47,448 bases of DNA from assembly GCA_045644125.1 (NCBI GenBank), contig JAZRGJ010000185.1, forward strand, positions 1 to 47,448, in the 5' to 3' direction. Below the pieces are notes generated by a model. It did no database searches. It was not told where the DNA came from and worked only from the letters and a program-made list of their open reading frames with translations. Below are positions 27,776 through 38,038 of the stretch, piece after piece. A program made the position numbers and the translations under genes. The first letter of the stretch is position 1. Each line of letters begins with the position of its first letter. This stretch comes from Eubacteriales bacterium. Lineage in GTDB: Bacteria; Bacillota; Clostridia; Oscillospirales; CAG-272.

Positions 27776-28756
27776 ATGGTAAGAGTAGAAAATCTCGTAA
27801 AGCGCTACGGAACCAATTATGCGCTTAACGACGTTTCATTTGAAATAGGCGAGGGCGAAGTAGTTGGACTTCTCGGCCCTAACGGCGCCGGAAAGAGTAC
27901 CGCAATGAATATTATCACGGGCTATCTTTCGACAAGCTCGGGCGCGGCTTATATTAACGGCGTGAATATACTTAAGGACCCTATAGGCGCAAAGCGCAAT
28001 ATAGGATTTTTGCCGGAGCAGCCGCCTCTTTATCCCGAAATGACGGTTGGCGAATATCTTAACTTCGTATACGAGCTTAAGGGCGTTGAAATGCCCCGTG
28101 AGGAGCATATTAACGAAATTCTTGGAACTGTCAAGCTTATCGACGTCCGTGACAGACTTATAAAGAATTTGTCAAAGGGTTACAAGCAGCGCGTCGGCAT
28201 TGCGCAGGCTCTTGTAGGTGATCCCAAGATCGTTATATTTGACGAGCCCACGGTAGGTCTTGACCCGAAGCAGATAATCGAGGTAAGAAATCTTATAAGA
28301 ACGCTCGGAAAGCGCCATACGGTAATTCTTTCAACTCACATTCTTCAGGAAGTACAGGCTGTTTGCGAAAGAGTTATCATAATCAACAAGGGTAAAATCA
28401 TCGCAGACGAAAAAACCGAGGATTTGACGAGAACTATAGAAGAGGGCTTTAAGTATGAAATAAAAATCGTCGGCCCGCAAAGAGAGGTTCTTTTCGCTAT
28501 CGAGAGAATTAACGGAGTTAAAAACGCAGTTGCAACGGGTGAGCGAGATGCGGATTCATACGCCTATATCGTTGAGAGTGAAAGAGGAATTGACGTAAGA
28601 AAATCGCTCTTCTCTCTTTGCTCCTCGAGAAACTGGGCGATACTCGGATTATCCGCTGTCGGCACTGATCTTGAATCTATTTTCATAAGACTCGTTGACA
28701 GAGCAAACGGCGTGAACTCAAATGGAAAAAATGAGAAAAGGAGAAAGGCTCACTGA
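27776..28756 (+). CDS. ABC transporter ATP-binding protein, GldA-like
   Basis: Walker A GPNGAGKST, signature LSKGYKQRVG, Walker B IVIFDEPT, LSTH; C-terminal LESIFIRLV. Confidence 0.93.
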   Translation: MVRVENLVKRYGTNYALNDVSFEIGEGEVVGLLGPNGAGKSTAMNIITGYLSTSSGAAYINGVNILKDPIGAKRNIGFLPEQPPLYPEMTVGEYLNFVYELKGVEMPREEHINEILGTVKLIDVRDRLIKNLSKGYKQRVGIAQALVGDPKIVIFDEPTVGLDPKQIIEVRNLIRTLGKRHTVILSTHILQEVQAVCERVIIINKGKIIADEKTEDLTRTIEEGFKYEIKIVGPQREVLFAIERINGVKNAVATGERDADSYAYIVESERGIDVRKSLFSLCSSRNWAILGLSAVGTDLESIFIRLVDRANGVNSNGKNEKRRKAH

Positions 28757-28772
28757 GTCCTGACAATACAAA

Positions 28773-29480
28773 ATGGGTGCAATATTTAAAAGAGAGCTTC
28801 GCTCCTATTTCACCGGAGCGATAGGCTACGTATTTTTGGTTCTCTATCTTGCGGCGGGCGGCGCTGTATTCTGCTTTACAACGCTCTTCTCGATGTCTGC
28901 CGAGGTTTCAAATTACTTCATTTATATGCTTATCTTTTCCGCTGTCGCGCTTCCTCTTTTAACGATGAAGTCGTTTAGTGAAGAAAGAAAAATCAAAACC
29001 GAGCAGCTTATTTTAACCTCCCCCGTTTCAATAAGCGCTATGGTTTTCGCTAAATTTTTTGCGGCTTATATCATGTTTGCCGCATCTATGGTTTTAACGT
29101 CGCTTTATTTCCTTTTCCTGATCCCCTACGCAACGGTTAAGATAGGTCTTCTTTTCGGAAATCTTCTTGCGATTTTGCTTGTAGGCATGGTATTTATCTC
29201 AATAGGACTTTACGTGTCCTCCCTTACGGAAAACCAGCTTGCCGCCGCAGTTGGCACGATTGCGATTATCTTCGCATTTCTTCTCGTCGGCGCTATAAGC
29301 TCGCTTATTCCCTCTTCGTACGGATTAAGATTCGTGTTTGATTTCTTTTCGGTTTTCAAACGCTTCAGCGGTTTTGCTAACGGATATTTTGACATAGCGT
29401 CCTTGTCGTACTATCTTTCCGTATCGGCAATATTCCTTTATATGACGATAAGAGTTTACGACCGCCGCCGCTACAGCTGA
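28773..29480 (+). CDS. ABC-2 type permease, GldF-like
   Basis: AIFKRELRSYF, PLLTMKSFSEERK..TEQLILTSP, SSLTENQ..AA; six TM segments. Confidence 0.9.
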   Translation: MGAIFKRELRSYFTGAIGYVFLVLYLAAGGAVFCFTTLFSMSAEVSNYFIYMLIFSAVALPLLTMKSFSEERKIKTEQLILTSPVSISAMVFAKFFAAYIMFAASMVLTSLYFLFLIPYATVKIGLLFGNLLAILLVGMVFISIGLYVSSLTENQLAAAVGTIAIIFAFLLVGAISSLIPSSYGLRFVFDFFSVFKRFSGFANGYFDIASLSYYLSVSAIFLYMTIRVYDRRRYS

Positions 29481-29495
29481 CTTACGGAGTTTTTT

Positions 29496-31070
29496 ATGAA
29501 GAAAATATTAAAGGAAATAAAAGGGTTCTTCAATAAAGACAAATGGTCGTCCGAGGGCATTTTTGCGCTTGTTGTGGCGCTTGTCTTCGTGTTCAACCTG
29601 CTTTTGACAGCCATCGTTGAAACGTTCGGTCTTTATATATACGAGAAGGACTCTACCGATTATTCCATTTCGGGCAATACCGACCATCTTTTCGAAGATG
29701 CGATAGCCGAGGGAAAAAAGATCAAAATATCTTTCTGCATGGATAAATTCGACAACGAAGGATATATCGATCACGAAACGGGTAGGCTCGTTCACAAGAC
29801 TGTTGAGGAGTTTGCCGAAAAATACCCCGGCTTCATTGAAATTGATTTTATAAACGTTATGACCCGCCGCAATAAAGACAATAAGCTCGTAGATCTTGCG
29901 AAGTATCAAAAGGATATGCGAGGCGAAGAAACCAAGGTGCTCAAAACCTCGGTTATATTTGAGTGCGGCGATAATTACCGAGTCGTAACCGACCTTTACA
30001 GCACGGCGGGCTTTGCGGATTTCTATACGCTTGACGGCTCGGGCAATCTCACCTCGTATAACGGCGAGGAGGTTGTTGCCGCTATGATGTCGTGGGTGCT
30101 TCAGGATAAGCACGAAACGGTGTATTTCACACAGTATCACAGCGAAACGGTTGATATTGCGTTTGCAAATCTTCTGGTTTGCGCAGGCTATTACGTTGAC
30201 GTTATAGACCTTAAGAATGATAAAGAGGTCGACAAGGAAACGGGTGAGAAAGTTCTCAACAAAAAGCTCCGTGAGGCCGCAATGGTTATCATTTCAAATC
30301 CGAAAACGGACTTTGAAAGAGGCGCTGTAGGCACGGGCATAGTTTCCGAGATCGAAAGACTTAGAAGTTACGTTAACGGCGGCGGAAACCTTATGGTAAC
30401 GCTCGATCCTTACGTGAAAAATCTTACGGTGCTTGAGAGCTTTATCGCAGAATACGGAATATCATTCTCCACTTCGACCGACAAGAAAACCGGCAGAGTT
30501 GCGAGAAATATCGTTAAGGATTCCTCCGGCGCTATAACTCTTGACGGATTCACCCTCGTTGCCGAGTATGCCGATAGCGATCTTGCCGAAGCGATAAACG
30601 ACAAGGTGTCGGAATATTCAAACGGCAACGTTATAATAAGAGAGGTGTCGGCGCTTGAGCTTTCCGGCAACGCAAAGCCGCTTCTCATCTCATCCGCCTC
30701 CTCCGAGCTTGAGGCGCACGGCTCCACGGTTGACGGAAAAGGAAACTATACCTTAGCCGCTTATTCCGACGTGGCGCTTGAGGGTGGCGGAAGCGCCAAG
30801 GTTTTCGTAGTTCCCTCAATATATCTTGCGGTATCCGATGCGCTCGTGAGCCGCGAATATTCAAACAAAGACTTTATTTATGCGCTTTTTGAAGAGTATT
30901 TCGGAAGCGGAAACGCTCCCTACGGCTGTAACGACGTGCTTTACGACAGCTCAACTCTTGAAAATCTCACCATGAAAAACGCAAAAATATACACAGCCAT
31001 TATAATGGCGATTCCCGTGGCATTGGCTGTCGTGGGAACGGTAGTAATCGTTAGAAGACGGCAAAGATAA
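29496..31070 (+). CDS. GldG-like ABC auxiliary component 1
   Basis: N- and C-terminal TM helices around a large external domain; YSISGNT, VYFTQYHSE (cf. YFxxGHGE), IISNPKTDF, YVNGGGNL, NKDF, ends VRRRQR. Confidence 0.8.
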   Translation: MKKILKEIKGFFNKDKWSSEGIFALVVALVFVFNLLLTAIVETFGLYIYEKDSTDYSISGNTDHLFEDAIAEGKKIKISFCMDKFDNEGYIDHETGRLVHKTVEEFAEKYPGFIEIDFINVMTRRNKDNKLVDLAKYQKDMRGEETKVLKTSVIFECGDNYRVVTDLYSTAGFADFYTLDGSGNLTSYNGEEVVAAMMSWVLQDKHETVYFTQYHSETVDIAFANLLVCAGYYVDVIDLKNDKEVDKETGEKVLNKKLREAAMVIISNPKTDFERGAVGTGIVSEIERLRSYVNGGGNLMVTLDPYVKNLTVLESFIAEYGISFSTSTDKKTGRVARNIVKDSSGAITLDGFTLVAEYADSDLAEAINDKVSEYSNGNVIIREVSALELSGNAKPLLISSASSELEAHGSTVDGKGNYTLAAYSDVALEGGGSAKVFVVPSIYLAVSDALVSREYSNKDFIYALFEEYFGSGNAPYGCNDVLYDSSTLENLTMKNAKIYTAIIMAIPVALAVVGTVVIVRRRQR

Positions 31071-31089
31071 CGAAGAAAGGATGTAATGA

Positions 31090-32769
31090 ATGAATTTCTC
31101 ACTCTTTAAGGGTAAAAAAAGAACGTTGATATTTACTCTTATAACAATGTTTTCCATAGTTATTCTTCTTGTCGGCAATCTTTTCTTAACCTATTTTTCA
31201 CCTATTAAAAGCTTGTATTTCGATATGACCTCGGAGAACTTTTACACTCTCAGCGATCCAATGAAAAGCGAAACTGCGTTTATCGACGAGCTTCCTTCCG
31301 GCGAAGAAAATCAAATTAAAATAATCTTCTGCGCAAAGCCGGACGTTTTAACCGAATCGACGGTTACAAGACTTACGTATTTTATGGCTCTTAAGCTCCA
31401 GCAAAGATATTCAAACGTCAAGGTTATATGCGAGGACGTGACTTTAAATCCCACGGCTTTCGCGCAGTACAAGGCGAATTCTTTGACGGAGATAAAAGCG
31501 AGCGACATCATAGTTTCCTACGGCGACAGATACCGCATATCTACCGCCGCAAGATTCTGGCTTTACGACCAAGGCTCGTATTTCTCCTACAACGGTGAAT
31601 ACCATATGGTTGCAATGCTTAAATCCGTAACCGCCGTTGAAAAACCTAAGGCTTATTTCCTTACGGGACATGAGGAAACCGTTTACAACCCCGCAGACCG
31701 TGAATCGCCGATGAGCATTTCAATGCAGAGCTTTGCGGACTTGCTCTATGAAAGAGGCCTTGATATTGCATTGCTCGATTTAAGCGATCCGAAAACACCC
31801 GACATCCCCGAGGATTGCGTGCTTCTTATCATCAACGATCCCAAAATTGATTTCCCCACCGATCAGACGAGCTACGACGAATTTGGAAAATTTTCCGAGC
31901 TTGATAAGATAGACAAATATCTTGTAAGCCGTCAGGGCGCGGTAATGGTTGCCAAGGATTACAGAATAACCAACCTCACCAATCTTGAAAGATTCCTCGG
32001 TGAATGGGGCATAGGATTCAGCGACACTCTCATTAAAGACGAGGGCGCGTCGCTTGATGATTCTTATACGGAAATTATAGCGGAATACAATACGAACCAA
32101 GAAAATTACAGCTATGAAATATACGGCGAGTTTGCCTCCATGTCCAGCGCTCCGAGAATGATATTCAAGGATACGGGATTTGTGAAGTGTACTTACAATG
32201 AAAGCTATGCAACCCAAGAGCAAGGCACTATGAATACGTCGAGAAGCTACGCCGATTTCCTCTTTACCTCAAATACGGCGGAAGCGTTCGCAAAGAACAG
32301 CGACGGAGAATACCGTGACCTTGCGGGCGAGGCGGGTAAATACGACCTTGCAGCTCTCGTCGTAAGAAACAATCTTCACGACACAGAGAACGTAAACAAA
32401 ATGTCTTATCTTTTCTGCGCTAACAGCAAGAGCTTTTTCTCAAACGACGTTATAGGCAACGCATACTACGCCAATTACGACGTAGTTTCTTCGCTCGTAG
32501 AGAATATTTCACGTCTTGACGTGTACGGCTCAAGCGCTCTCGGCGGCGAGTCGCTCAACTCACCTACTTACGGCGGAAAGCAGATTCACGCATCCGTGCT
32601 TTCAAACGAAGTCGTGAACGTATTTTCTCCCGATGCGAAAGAAATAATTGAAACTAACAACCCCATTACCAAATTTGATAAAACTGTTATTTCCATAATA
32701 GTTTTCGCATTCCCCGTTGCGATTGCCATTTGGGGTGTTGTCGTCAGAATAAGACGTAAATTCCTTTGA
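31090..32769 (+). CDS. GldG-like ABC auxiliary component 2
   Basis: YFDMTSENFYTLS, AYFLTGHEE, IPEDCVLLIINDPKIDF, ANYD; terminal TM ending RIRRKFL. Confidence 0.82.
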   Translation: MNFSLFKGKKRTLIFTLITMFSIVILLVGNLFLTYFSPIKSLYFDMTSENFYTLSDPMKSETAFIDELPSGEENQIKIIFCAKPDVLTESTVTRLTYFMALKLQQRYSNVKVICEDVTLNPTAFAQYKANSLTEIKASDIIVSYGDRYRISTAARFWLYDQGSYFSYNGEYHMVAMLKSVTAVEKPKAYFLTGHEETVYNPADRESPMSISMQSFADLLYERGLDIALLDLSDPKTPDIPEDCVLLIINDPKIDFPTDQTSYDEFGKFSELDKIDKYLVSRQGAVMVAKDYRITNLTNLERFLGEWGIGFSDTLIKDEGASLDDSYTEIIAEYNTNQENYSYEIYGEFASMSSAPRMIFKDTGFVKCTYNESYATQEQGTMNTSRSYADFLFTSNTAEAFAKNSDGEYRDLAGEAGKYDLAALVVRNNLHDTENVNKMSYLFCANSKSFFSNDVIGNAYYANYDVVSSLVENISRLDVYGSSALGGESLNSPTYGGKQIHASVLSNEVVNVFSPDAKEIIETNNPITKFDKTVISIIVFAFPVAIAIWGVVVRIRRKFL

Positions 32770-32812
32770 TTTATAAGGATTCAAATAAGGAAAGGTTCAA
32801 TTTCAAGTATAT

Positions 32813-35752
32813 ATGAAAAAAATTGAAAAGGAAAAACGCATATCGAAAGGGCTGCTTGCGATAATTCTCTCCGTAGCTCTCGTCCTTACCGTTGCGGCGG
32901 TTATCATTATCAGATATGCGATAGCTCCCAAGGGCGCAGGCGCGGCGGAAAAGATTCCTCCGGTGCCGCTTGAGGGCGAAGGTGTAGCCAACGGAAGCCT
33001 TATGGCTTATCCTTTAATGGAAGAATCGAAAATTCAGTCCATCGTTATTGAAAACGATTTGGGTAAATTCGGTATGAGCCGTCCCGACGGCGGAGGAAAC
33101 TTTATCCTCTATTACGACGACGGAAAGGGAGGATTCACCGAGTTTAGACCTAATATATGCGACGTTGACGATGACTTCAGCTATTCGTCGCTTTATTCCG
33201 TTGAAATGAACGACGGATTCGGAGGCGTAACCAAGCTTAAATATCTTTGCATGGCTCTTATGTATCCTTACGTTGAAGAAAGAATCGAGCTTATCCCCGA
33301 AGAAAAAGACGCGCAGCTCGACGCTTACGGTCTTGCGAAGGGGGAATACGAAACCGTATATTTCTCTTATCTCGATGAAAACGGAAACGAAAAGTCACAC
33401 GAAATACAAATAGGTGACAAAACCTCTCTTGAAACGGGATATTATCTTAGAGTCGACGGAAGAGATTGCGTTTACGCAAGCTTCCAGAATCAGTTTGATT
33501 ACGCTTTGGGCGACTTCTTCTCGTTTATCAAGCCTCTCGTCATCTCTCCCGGTATTCCGGAAGATACCGTAATAAGCGCATATCTTACCACGAATTATAA
33601 CCAGTGGAAAAACGAAGTGCATAATAAAGATGGCGAGCTTGTAGAGCCCGGCTCCCGTGTTATCGTTTTCGCTGATACTATAGTGCCCGTTGACAGAAGC
33701 ATTAAGGATTTTGTTCAAGGCGGATATATAAACGACAAAGGAAAAAGTATTGAATTCGACCTGTCGAAGCTTAAAGGAAAGGCAGAATATCAAAGACTTA
33801 TAAACGCTCTTTCCGGTAAAGCCGTTTCAAAAGAAAACTTGCCAAACGAAATCGCAGTTACTCTCGTTGGCGGGGGCACGGCAATTGATTTCGGCGAGGC
33901 GCTCGGGTTGAGATACGACTACAGTATAGTTTCGATAGAGGCTATTCTTACGGACGACGGTGAAATTTCCGCGCCCGGCACGCCGGTCGGCTCGAATAAT
34001 CTTTTGAAGATTTCTTACAGATTGAAAATCTCCGGCGAAGAAGCTTCGCAAAACGTTCTTCACGCGGTGGTTGATTTGACGGACGCAGAGCTTCCCGAAA
34101 GCTTCAAAGCGGCTTTGAGGGCTGCTTCGGTAGGAGAGCTTTCCGAGCCTATAAACCTTTGCGTAGATTATTCCAAAGCCAACGCTCACAAGCAGAGCGT
34201 AAAATACGTTATAACCGAGCTCGTATCGGTGTTTAACGAAAAGGGAATCGAAATTCCTGCCGTAACCGATAAAAGTATCGTTACTTACAGATACCGTTTC
34301 ATGATAAACGGCAAATACGATGACGAAGAGCATCTTGCAACCCTCAATCTCGGCGCGGATACGAGCGAGGCGGGCGCAAAGATAAAGGCGGCGCTTAAAG
34401 GCAAATCTCCGTCACGCGAGAGCTTGTCTATAGTCGCTGACGAATATATCGAATATTGCGAGTATTTCAAGGACTTCGTCACTTATTCAATCAAAAAGGT
34501 TGAATATTTCGTAACGAAAAAAATCGTCAGCTCATTCCGCTTCCAAAACAGATCCGAAAGAGATCCCTTTTTCGGTGAATCCATTTACGAAAATACTATC
34601 GACGAAGTTGCCGGCGATGACAACGCGTCAAAAAAATATTCAATATACGGTCTTAACAACGCCGTTTGCCAGAGGGTTGTAAATATTCTCACGGGTATCA
34701 GCGAGGATTCAAGCTCCAACCCGACGGGACTTTCGGGAACGGAAACCGTTGCCGTCGGTCTTACGCCCGAGATTATGGAAAAGTACGAGCTTTATGCGTA
34801 TACGGTTTACTTTGAGTTGCCGCGCGGCATATACGCCGTGGAAAACGAAGCCGAAGACGTAGTTGACGACTATGCGTGGTATGAAATTCTCGGCTTTACC
34901 CTCCATATAAGCGAAGAATTTGAAGACGAAATAACAGGAGCGAAGTACAGATTCGTAGCCTCCGACCTTTACGACTTGGTAGCGAAAGTGGACGCTGAAA
35001 AGTTCGTATTCTTGAAATACGACTTCGTAAACTTCTTCGCAAGACGTGAAATGATGCTTACCGACGTTGCGTATATGCAAGAAGCAACGTTTGAGCTTTG
35101 CTTCGAGAACCTTAAGGGTGTTTACAGAATGTATCTTAATCACGAAGAGGTTTATTGGGGCAATGACGGAAAGCGTTATGAATACGAAGACGACGTTCCC
35201 GAAGGCGTTGGAATTGAGAGCGATTTCGACGAGATAACGGTCGTTGTAAGCCCTATGGGCGATTGCACGCCAAACAAGCTTGTCGATTACATTAACAAGC
35301 ACACGTCGTCGGGCCTGGTTTCGCTCACGCAGCTTTATAATAAGCATACGGGCGACGGAAAAAACAATGTTTTCCTGGCAAACGATCCCCTCGGCACCTC
35401 TAACTTCAAAAAGCTTCTTGAAAATATATATCTGACAGGCTACAGCGGAGTAATTTCCGAGGGCGAGCAGGCAAAAATTCTTGCGAGCAACGCTATGGTT
35501 TTCAGAATGTCTTACAAGATTGAATCGTCTGCAGACAGATACGTGTACGAGTTTTACCGTTACGACGAAGGTCGTGTAATGGTCAGACTTTATCAGGCAA
35601 GCTATAACGACGAAACGAACACGTATTCCGCTCCCACGACGGCTGTTTCGGATTTTTACATCTCAAATTTCGCATTCAGAAAAATAGTAACCAATTTCGT
35701 TAAGCTTTTGAACGTCGAGATGATAGATCAAGAAGTCGGCTATCCCGAATGA
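32813..35752 (+). CDS. Large membrane-anchored DUF4340-like protein with putative FKBP-like inserts
   Basis: N-terminal TM; KIQSIVIEN and LDAYGL...IQIGDKTS..GYYLRVDG resemble the DUF4340 proteins that follow gldG genes; central segments resemble FKBP strand/helix patterns. Confidence 0.65.
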   Translation: MKKIEKEKRISKGLLAIILSVALVLTVAAVIIIRYAIAPKGAGAAEKIPPVPLEGEGVANGSLMAYPLMEESKIQSIVIENDLGKFGMSRPDGGGNFILYYDDGKGGFTEFRPNICDVDDDFSYSSLYSVEMNDGFGGVTKLKYLCMALMYPYVEERIELIPEEKDAQLDAYGLAKGEYETVYFSYLDENGNEKSHEIQIGDKTSLETGYYLRVDGRDCVYASFQNQFDYALGDFFSFIKPLVISPGIPEDTVISAYLTTNYNQWKNEVHNKDGELVEPGSRVIVFADTIVPVDRSIKDFVQGGYINDKGKSIEFDLSKLKGKAEYQRLINALSGKAVSKENLPNEIAVTLVGGGTAIDFGEALGLRYDYSIVSIEAILTDDGEISAPGTPVGSNNLLKISYRLKISGEEASQNVLHAVVDLTDAELPESFKAALRAASVGELSEPINLCVDYSKANAHKQSVKYVITELVSVFNEKGIEIPAVTDKSIVTYRYRFMINGKYDDEEHLATLNLGADTSEAGAKIKAALKGKSPSRESLSIVADEYIEYCEYFKDFVTYSIKKVEYFVTKKIVSSFRFQNRSERDPFFGESIYENTIDEVAGDDNASKKYSIYGLNNAVCQRVVNILTGISEDSSSNPTGLSGTETVAVGLTPEIMEKYELYAYTVYFELPRGIYAVENEAEDVVDDYAWYEILGFTLHISEEFEDEITGAKYRFVASDLYDLVAKVDAEKFVFLKYDFVNFFARREMMLTDVAYMQEATFELCFENLKGVYRMYLNHEEVYWGNDGKRYEYEDDVPEGVGIESDFDEITVVVSPMGDCTPNKLVDYINKHTSSGLVSLTQLYNKHTGDGKNNVFLANDPLGTSNFKKLLENIYLTGYSGVISEGEQAKILASNAMVFRMSYKIESSADRYVYEFYRYDEGRVMVRLYQASYNDETNTYSAPTTAVSDFYISNFAFRKIVTNFVKLLNVEMIDQEVGYPE

Positions 35753-35856
35753 ATCACTCCATGTTTGCAATAAATACCGATTTGATTACTGATAAAGCTC
35801 GAGATTTTTGCAAAATCTTTAAATCGACATTTAATTGATATAAAGGAAACGTTAGT

Positions 35857-37851
35857 ATGAAGAAGATAATCGTCATTTTGATCGCTGTTATTCTAATTAT
35901 AAGCATTGCTTTGATAAGTATTTTTTCTTTCACACGCAATAAACCCGACAACACGGATGAAGAGAGCGAGGATGAGTATTACAGCATTGCTGACGAAGAT
36001 AGCATGGCTCCGTACGCAAGCTTGAAGGACAAAGCCGCTTTTGAAGCAGCGTTAAAGGCTCTTGTAATTGAAGACAGTGAATACGCAAAGGATGAAGCTG
36101 AAATAGAGAGCGCGGCTTGGGAAACCTTATATAATGATTTTGCCTTTGCATGCGTAAGACAAGGCGTAAGACAAATTACAGGAACTCCTTCGGCAAACGC
36201 AGTTGTCTTTTATAACTACTACTACACCTATACCGATTCAAATAACACAGTCTATTATTTCAACGACAACATGAGGTCCGATAAATCCGTAAGCGTTACG
36301 CTCGGCCTCAAAGATCTTACCGATTTTGAAAAGCAGCTTAAAGACGTTATTACGGCTACGAAGATAGACGATTACGTTTATTCCACCAGAACTACCGGCG
36401 TTGCCCGGGAAAACGACGTAGCATACGTTAGCTATACGCTTGAAAAAAACGTTGAAATTGATGGAGTAAACAAACAGGTACGTTATACGGTCGTTAATGA
36501 AAGAATAGAGCTTAAGCGCGGGACCTCGGCTTTTGTTGATTATCTTATCGATAAGAACGTAGGAACGCATATCTCAGATTTTTCAGACGCCGGTTTGGGC
36601 GAAACGTACAAAAACATCAAGATCGCATTCGTTTCCGGCGGAAACGAAATATGCGCTGTTAAAGAAGTTACCTATACCGAAGAAAAGAAAGTTCGTGACA
36701 TATACGGTGTTGAGCATAATCTTAAGGATCAGGAGCTTACTTATCATATATATCCCGTTAATTACGTAGATGTTCCTGAATTTACCGCCGAAAACTTATT
36801 AAACTTCGTTTTCGGCAAAGACATTACTTATGATGCCGTTGAACAAATTCTTTTCGGCAAGAGCTTTTCCAAAAAAAGCGAGGAAGAAAAGAATGCAATT
36901 CTTATTAACTACACAGCCAATCACTTGACAGGCTCAAACGTTACACTTAAAGATCTGGTTGAATCACTTAAGACTTTCCATGCCGAATATGAAGCGGCTC
37001 TTAATATGTATTATAAAGCCAAAGCTGATGAAGATACAAAAAGGGCGCTTGCCATGACAGCTGAAGCAAAGTTGGCTGCGGCAAATCCCGATGATGCGAA
37101 TTACAATGATTTGCAAAAAGCGCTTGACACCGCAAGGTTTGATCTTCAAGTGGCAGAACAAGCTAGCATGGCCGCTGAAAAGCGCTTCGAAGAAATGGAA
37201 AACGGAAGAAACGATTCCGTAAATCTCCTTGTGCAAATTACCAACGCTAATGCAAATGCCGGCGTAGGATACAATCTTATTGACGGTTATTTTGAATTAG
37301 CTTGTGAATATCTTCTCGATCGTTACAACGAAGATATCAGAGCGAAGCTTTCCGAAGAGATTTCAAAGCTTTTTGATGAGCACGTAGAAATCAAAAAGCT
37401 TCCCGAAAAGGCTCTTGAGTCGGCAGAAAATGAAATCGTAGACGGCTATAAACGAAGCTTCAATAGTGACATGGATCCCGACACGGGTAACAGCTACTAT
37501 TCAGATTTTAACGGCAAATTCAAGGAATTCCTCAAACAAAAGCTTAATGCGTCAAGTTATGAAGAAGCTATGAGCATAATTGCGCAAGAAGCGGAGGACG
37601 AGGTAAAAGAAGCCGTTATTATTTACACTCTTAGCGAAATATACGAAGTCCTTGCAAGCGATAAGGAGTTCGAGGAGTATGTTGGCAGCGATATGATGAC
37701 GCAAATTTCCGTGACTTGGTACGGAGAAAACTATGTACGTTACCAATATCAGTCCGAGAAGCTGACGGATTATCTTCTTTCTTACGAGAAGGATGCTGAC
37801 GGCAAGTACGTATATCTTTACGTCGCATATACCATCGTTGACAAGAAGTAA
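35857..37851 (+). CDS. Membrane-anchored, divergent trigger-factor-like protein (paralog A)
   Basis: N-terminal hydrophobic anchor without Cys; LKDQELTYHIYPVNYVDVPEF; C-terminal KKLPEKA...EAEDEVKEAVIIYTLSE...ASDKEF resembles the trigger factor C-domain; paralog of 38039..40036. Confidence 0.6.
   Translation: MKKIIVILIAVILIISIALISIFSFTRNKPDNTDEESEDEYYSIADEDSMAPYASLKDKAAFEAALKALVIEDSEYAKDEAEIESAAWETLYNDFAFACVRQGVRQITGTPSANAVVFYNYYYTYTDSNNTVYYFNDNMRSDKSVSVTLGLKDLTDFEKQLKDVITATKIDDYVYSTRTTGVARENDVAYVSYTLEKNVEIDGVNKQVRYTVVNERIELKRGTSAFVDYLIDKNVGTHISDFSDAGLGETYKNIKIAFVSGGNEICAVKEVTYTEEKKVRDIYGVEHNLKDQELTYHIYPVNYVDVPEFTAENLLNFVFGKDITYDAVEQILFGKSFSKKSEEEKNAILINYTANHLTGSNVTLKDLVESLKTFHAEYEAALNMYYKAKADEDTKRALAMTAEAKLAAANPDDANYNDLQKALDTARFDLQVAEQASMAAEKRFEEMENGRNDSVNLLVQITNANANAGVGYNLIDGYFELACEYLLDRYNEDIRAKLSEEISKLFDEHVEIKKLPEKALESAENEIVDGYKRSFNSDMDPDTGNSYYSDFNGKFKEFLKQKLNASSYEEAMSIIAQEAEDEVKEAVIIYTLSEIYEVLASDKEFEEYVGSDMMTQISVTWYGENYVRYQYQSEKLTDYLLSYEKDADGKYVYLYVAYTIVDKK
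36259..36389 (+). repeat. 131-bp near-identical block shared by paralogs A and B (copy 1)
   Basis: Aligns ungapped to 38402-38532 with 6 mismatches by eye. Confidence 0.85.
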
Positions 37852-37915
37852 TTTTGTCAAATTTAAGAAAAAACGGGAATATTTATTAAAAAATAATAAA
37901 TTTTTCAAAAAACGT

Positions 37916-37944
37916 TTGCATTTTTTAAAATAATATGTTATAAT
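37916..37944 (+). promoter_or_regulatory. Sigma-A promoter of paralog B
   Basis: TTGCAT-17 nt-TATAAT with TGn extension and an AT-rich upstream region. Confidence 0.75.
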
Positions 37945-38038
37945 CATTGTTGCTCAATTTGCAAATAAATTTATTGAGCTTTGGCGAAAGCCTTAAACTT
38001 CGATTAAAAAATAATTATAAATAGAGGAAAGACCAGAA

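Noticed and set aside
27776-31070. Calling the locus a gliding-motility system or assigning gldA/gldF/gldG symbols
   Set aside because: No T9SS or gldK-N genes, and the host looks like a Firmicute; family resemblance does not establish the function.
35800-35818. AGATTTT-TGC-AAAATCT inverted repeat before paralog A as a terminator
   Set aside because: AT-only weak stem with no proper U-tract; it could be an operator, but there is no support.
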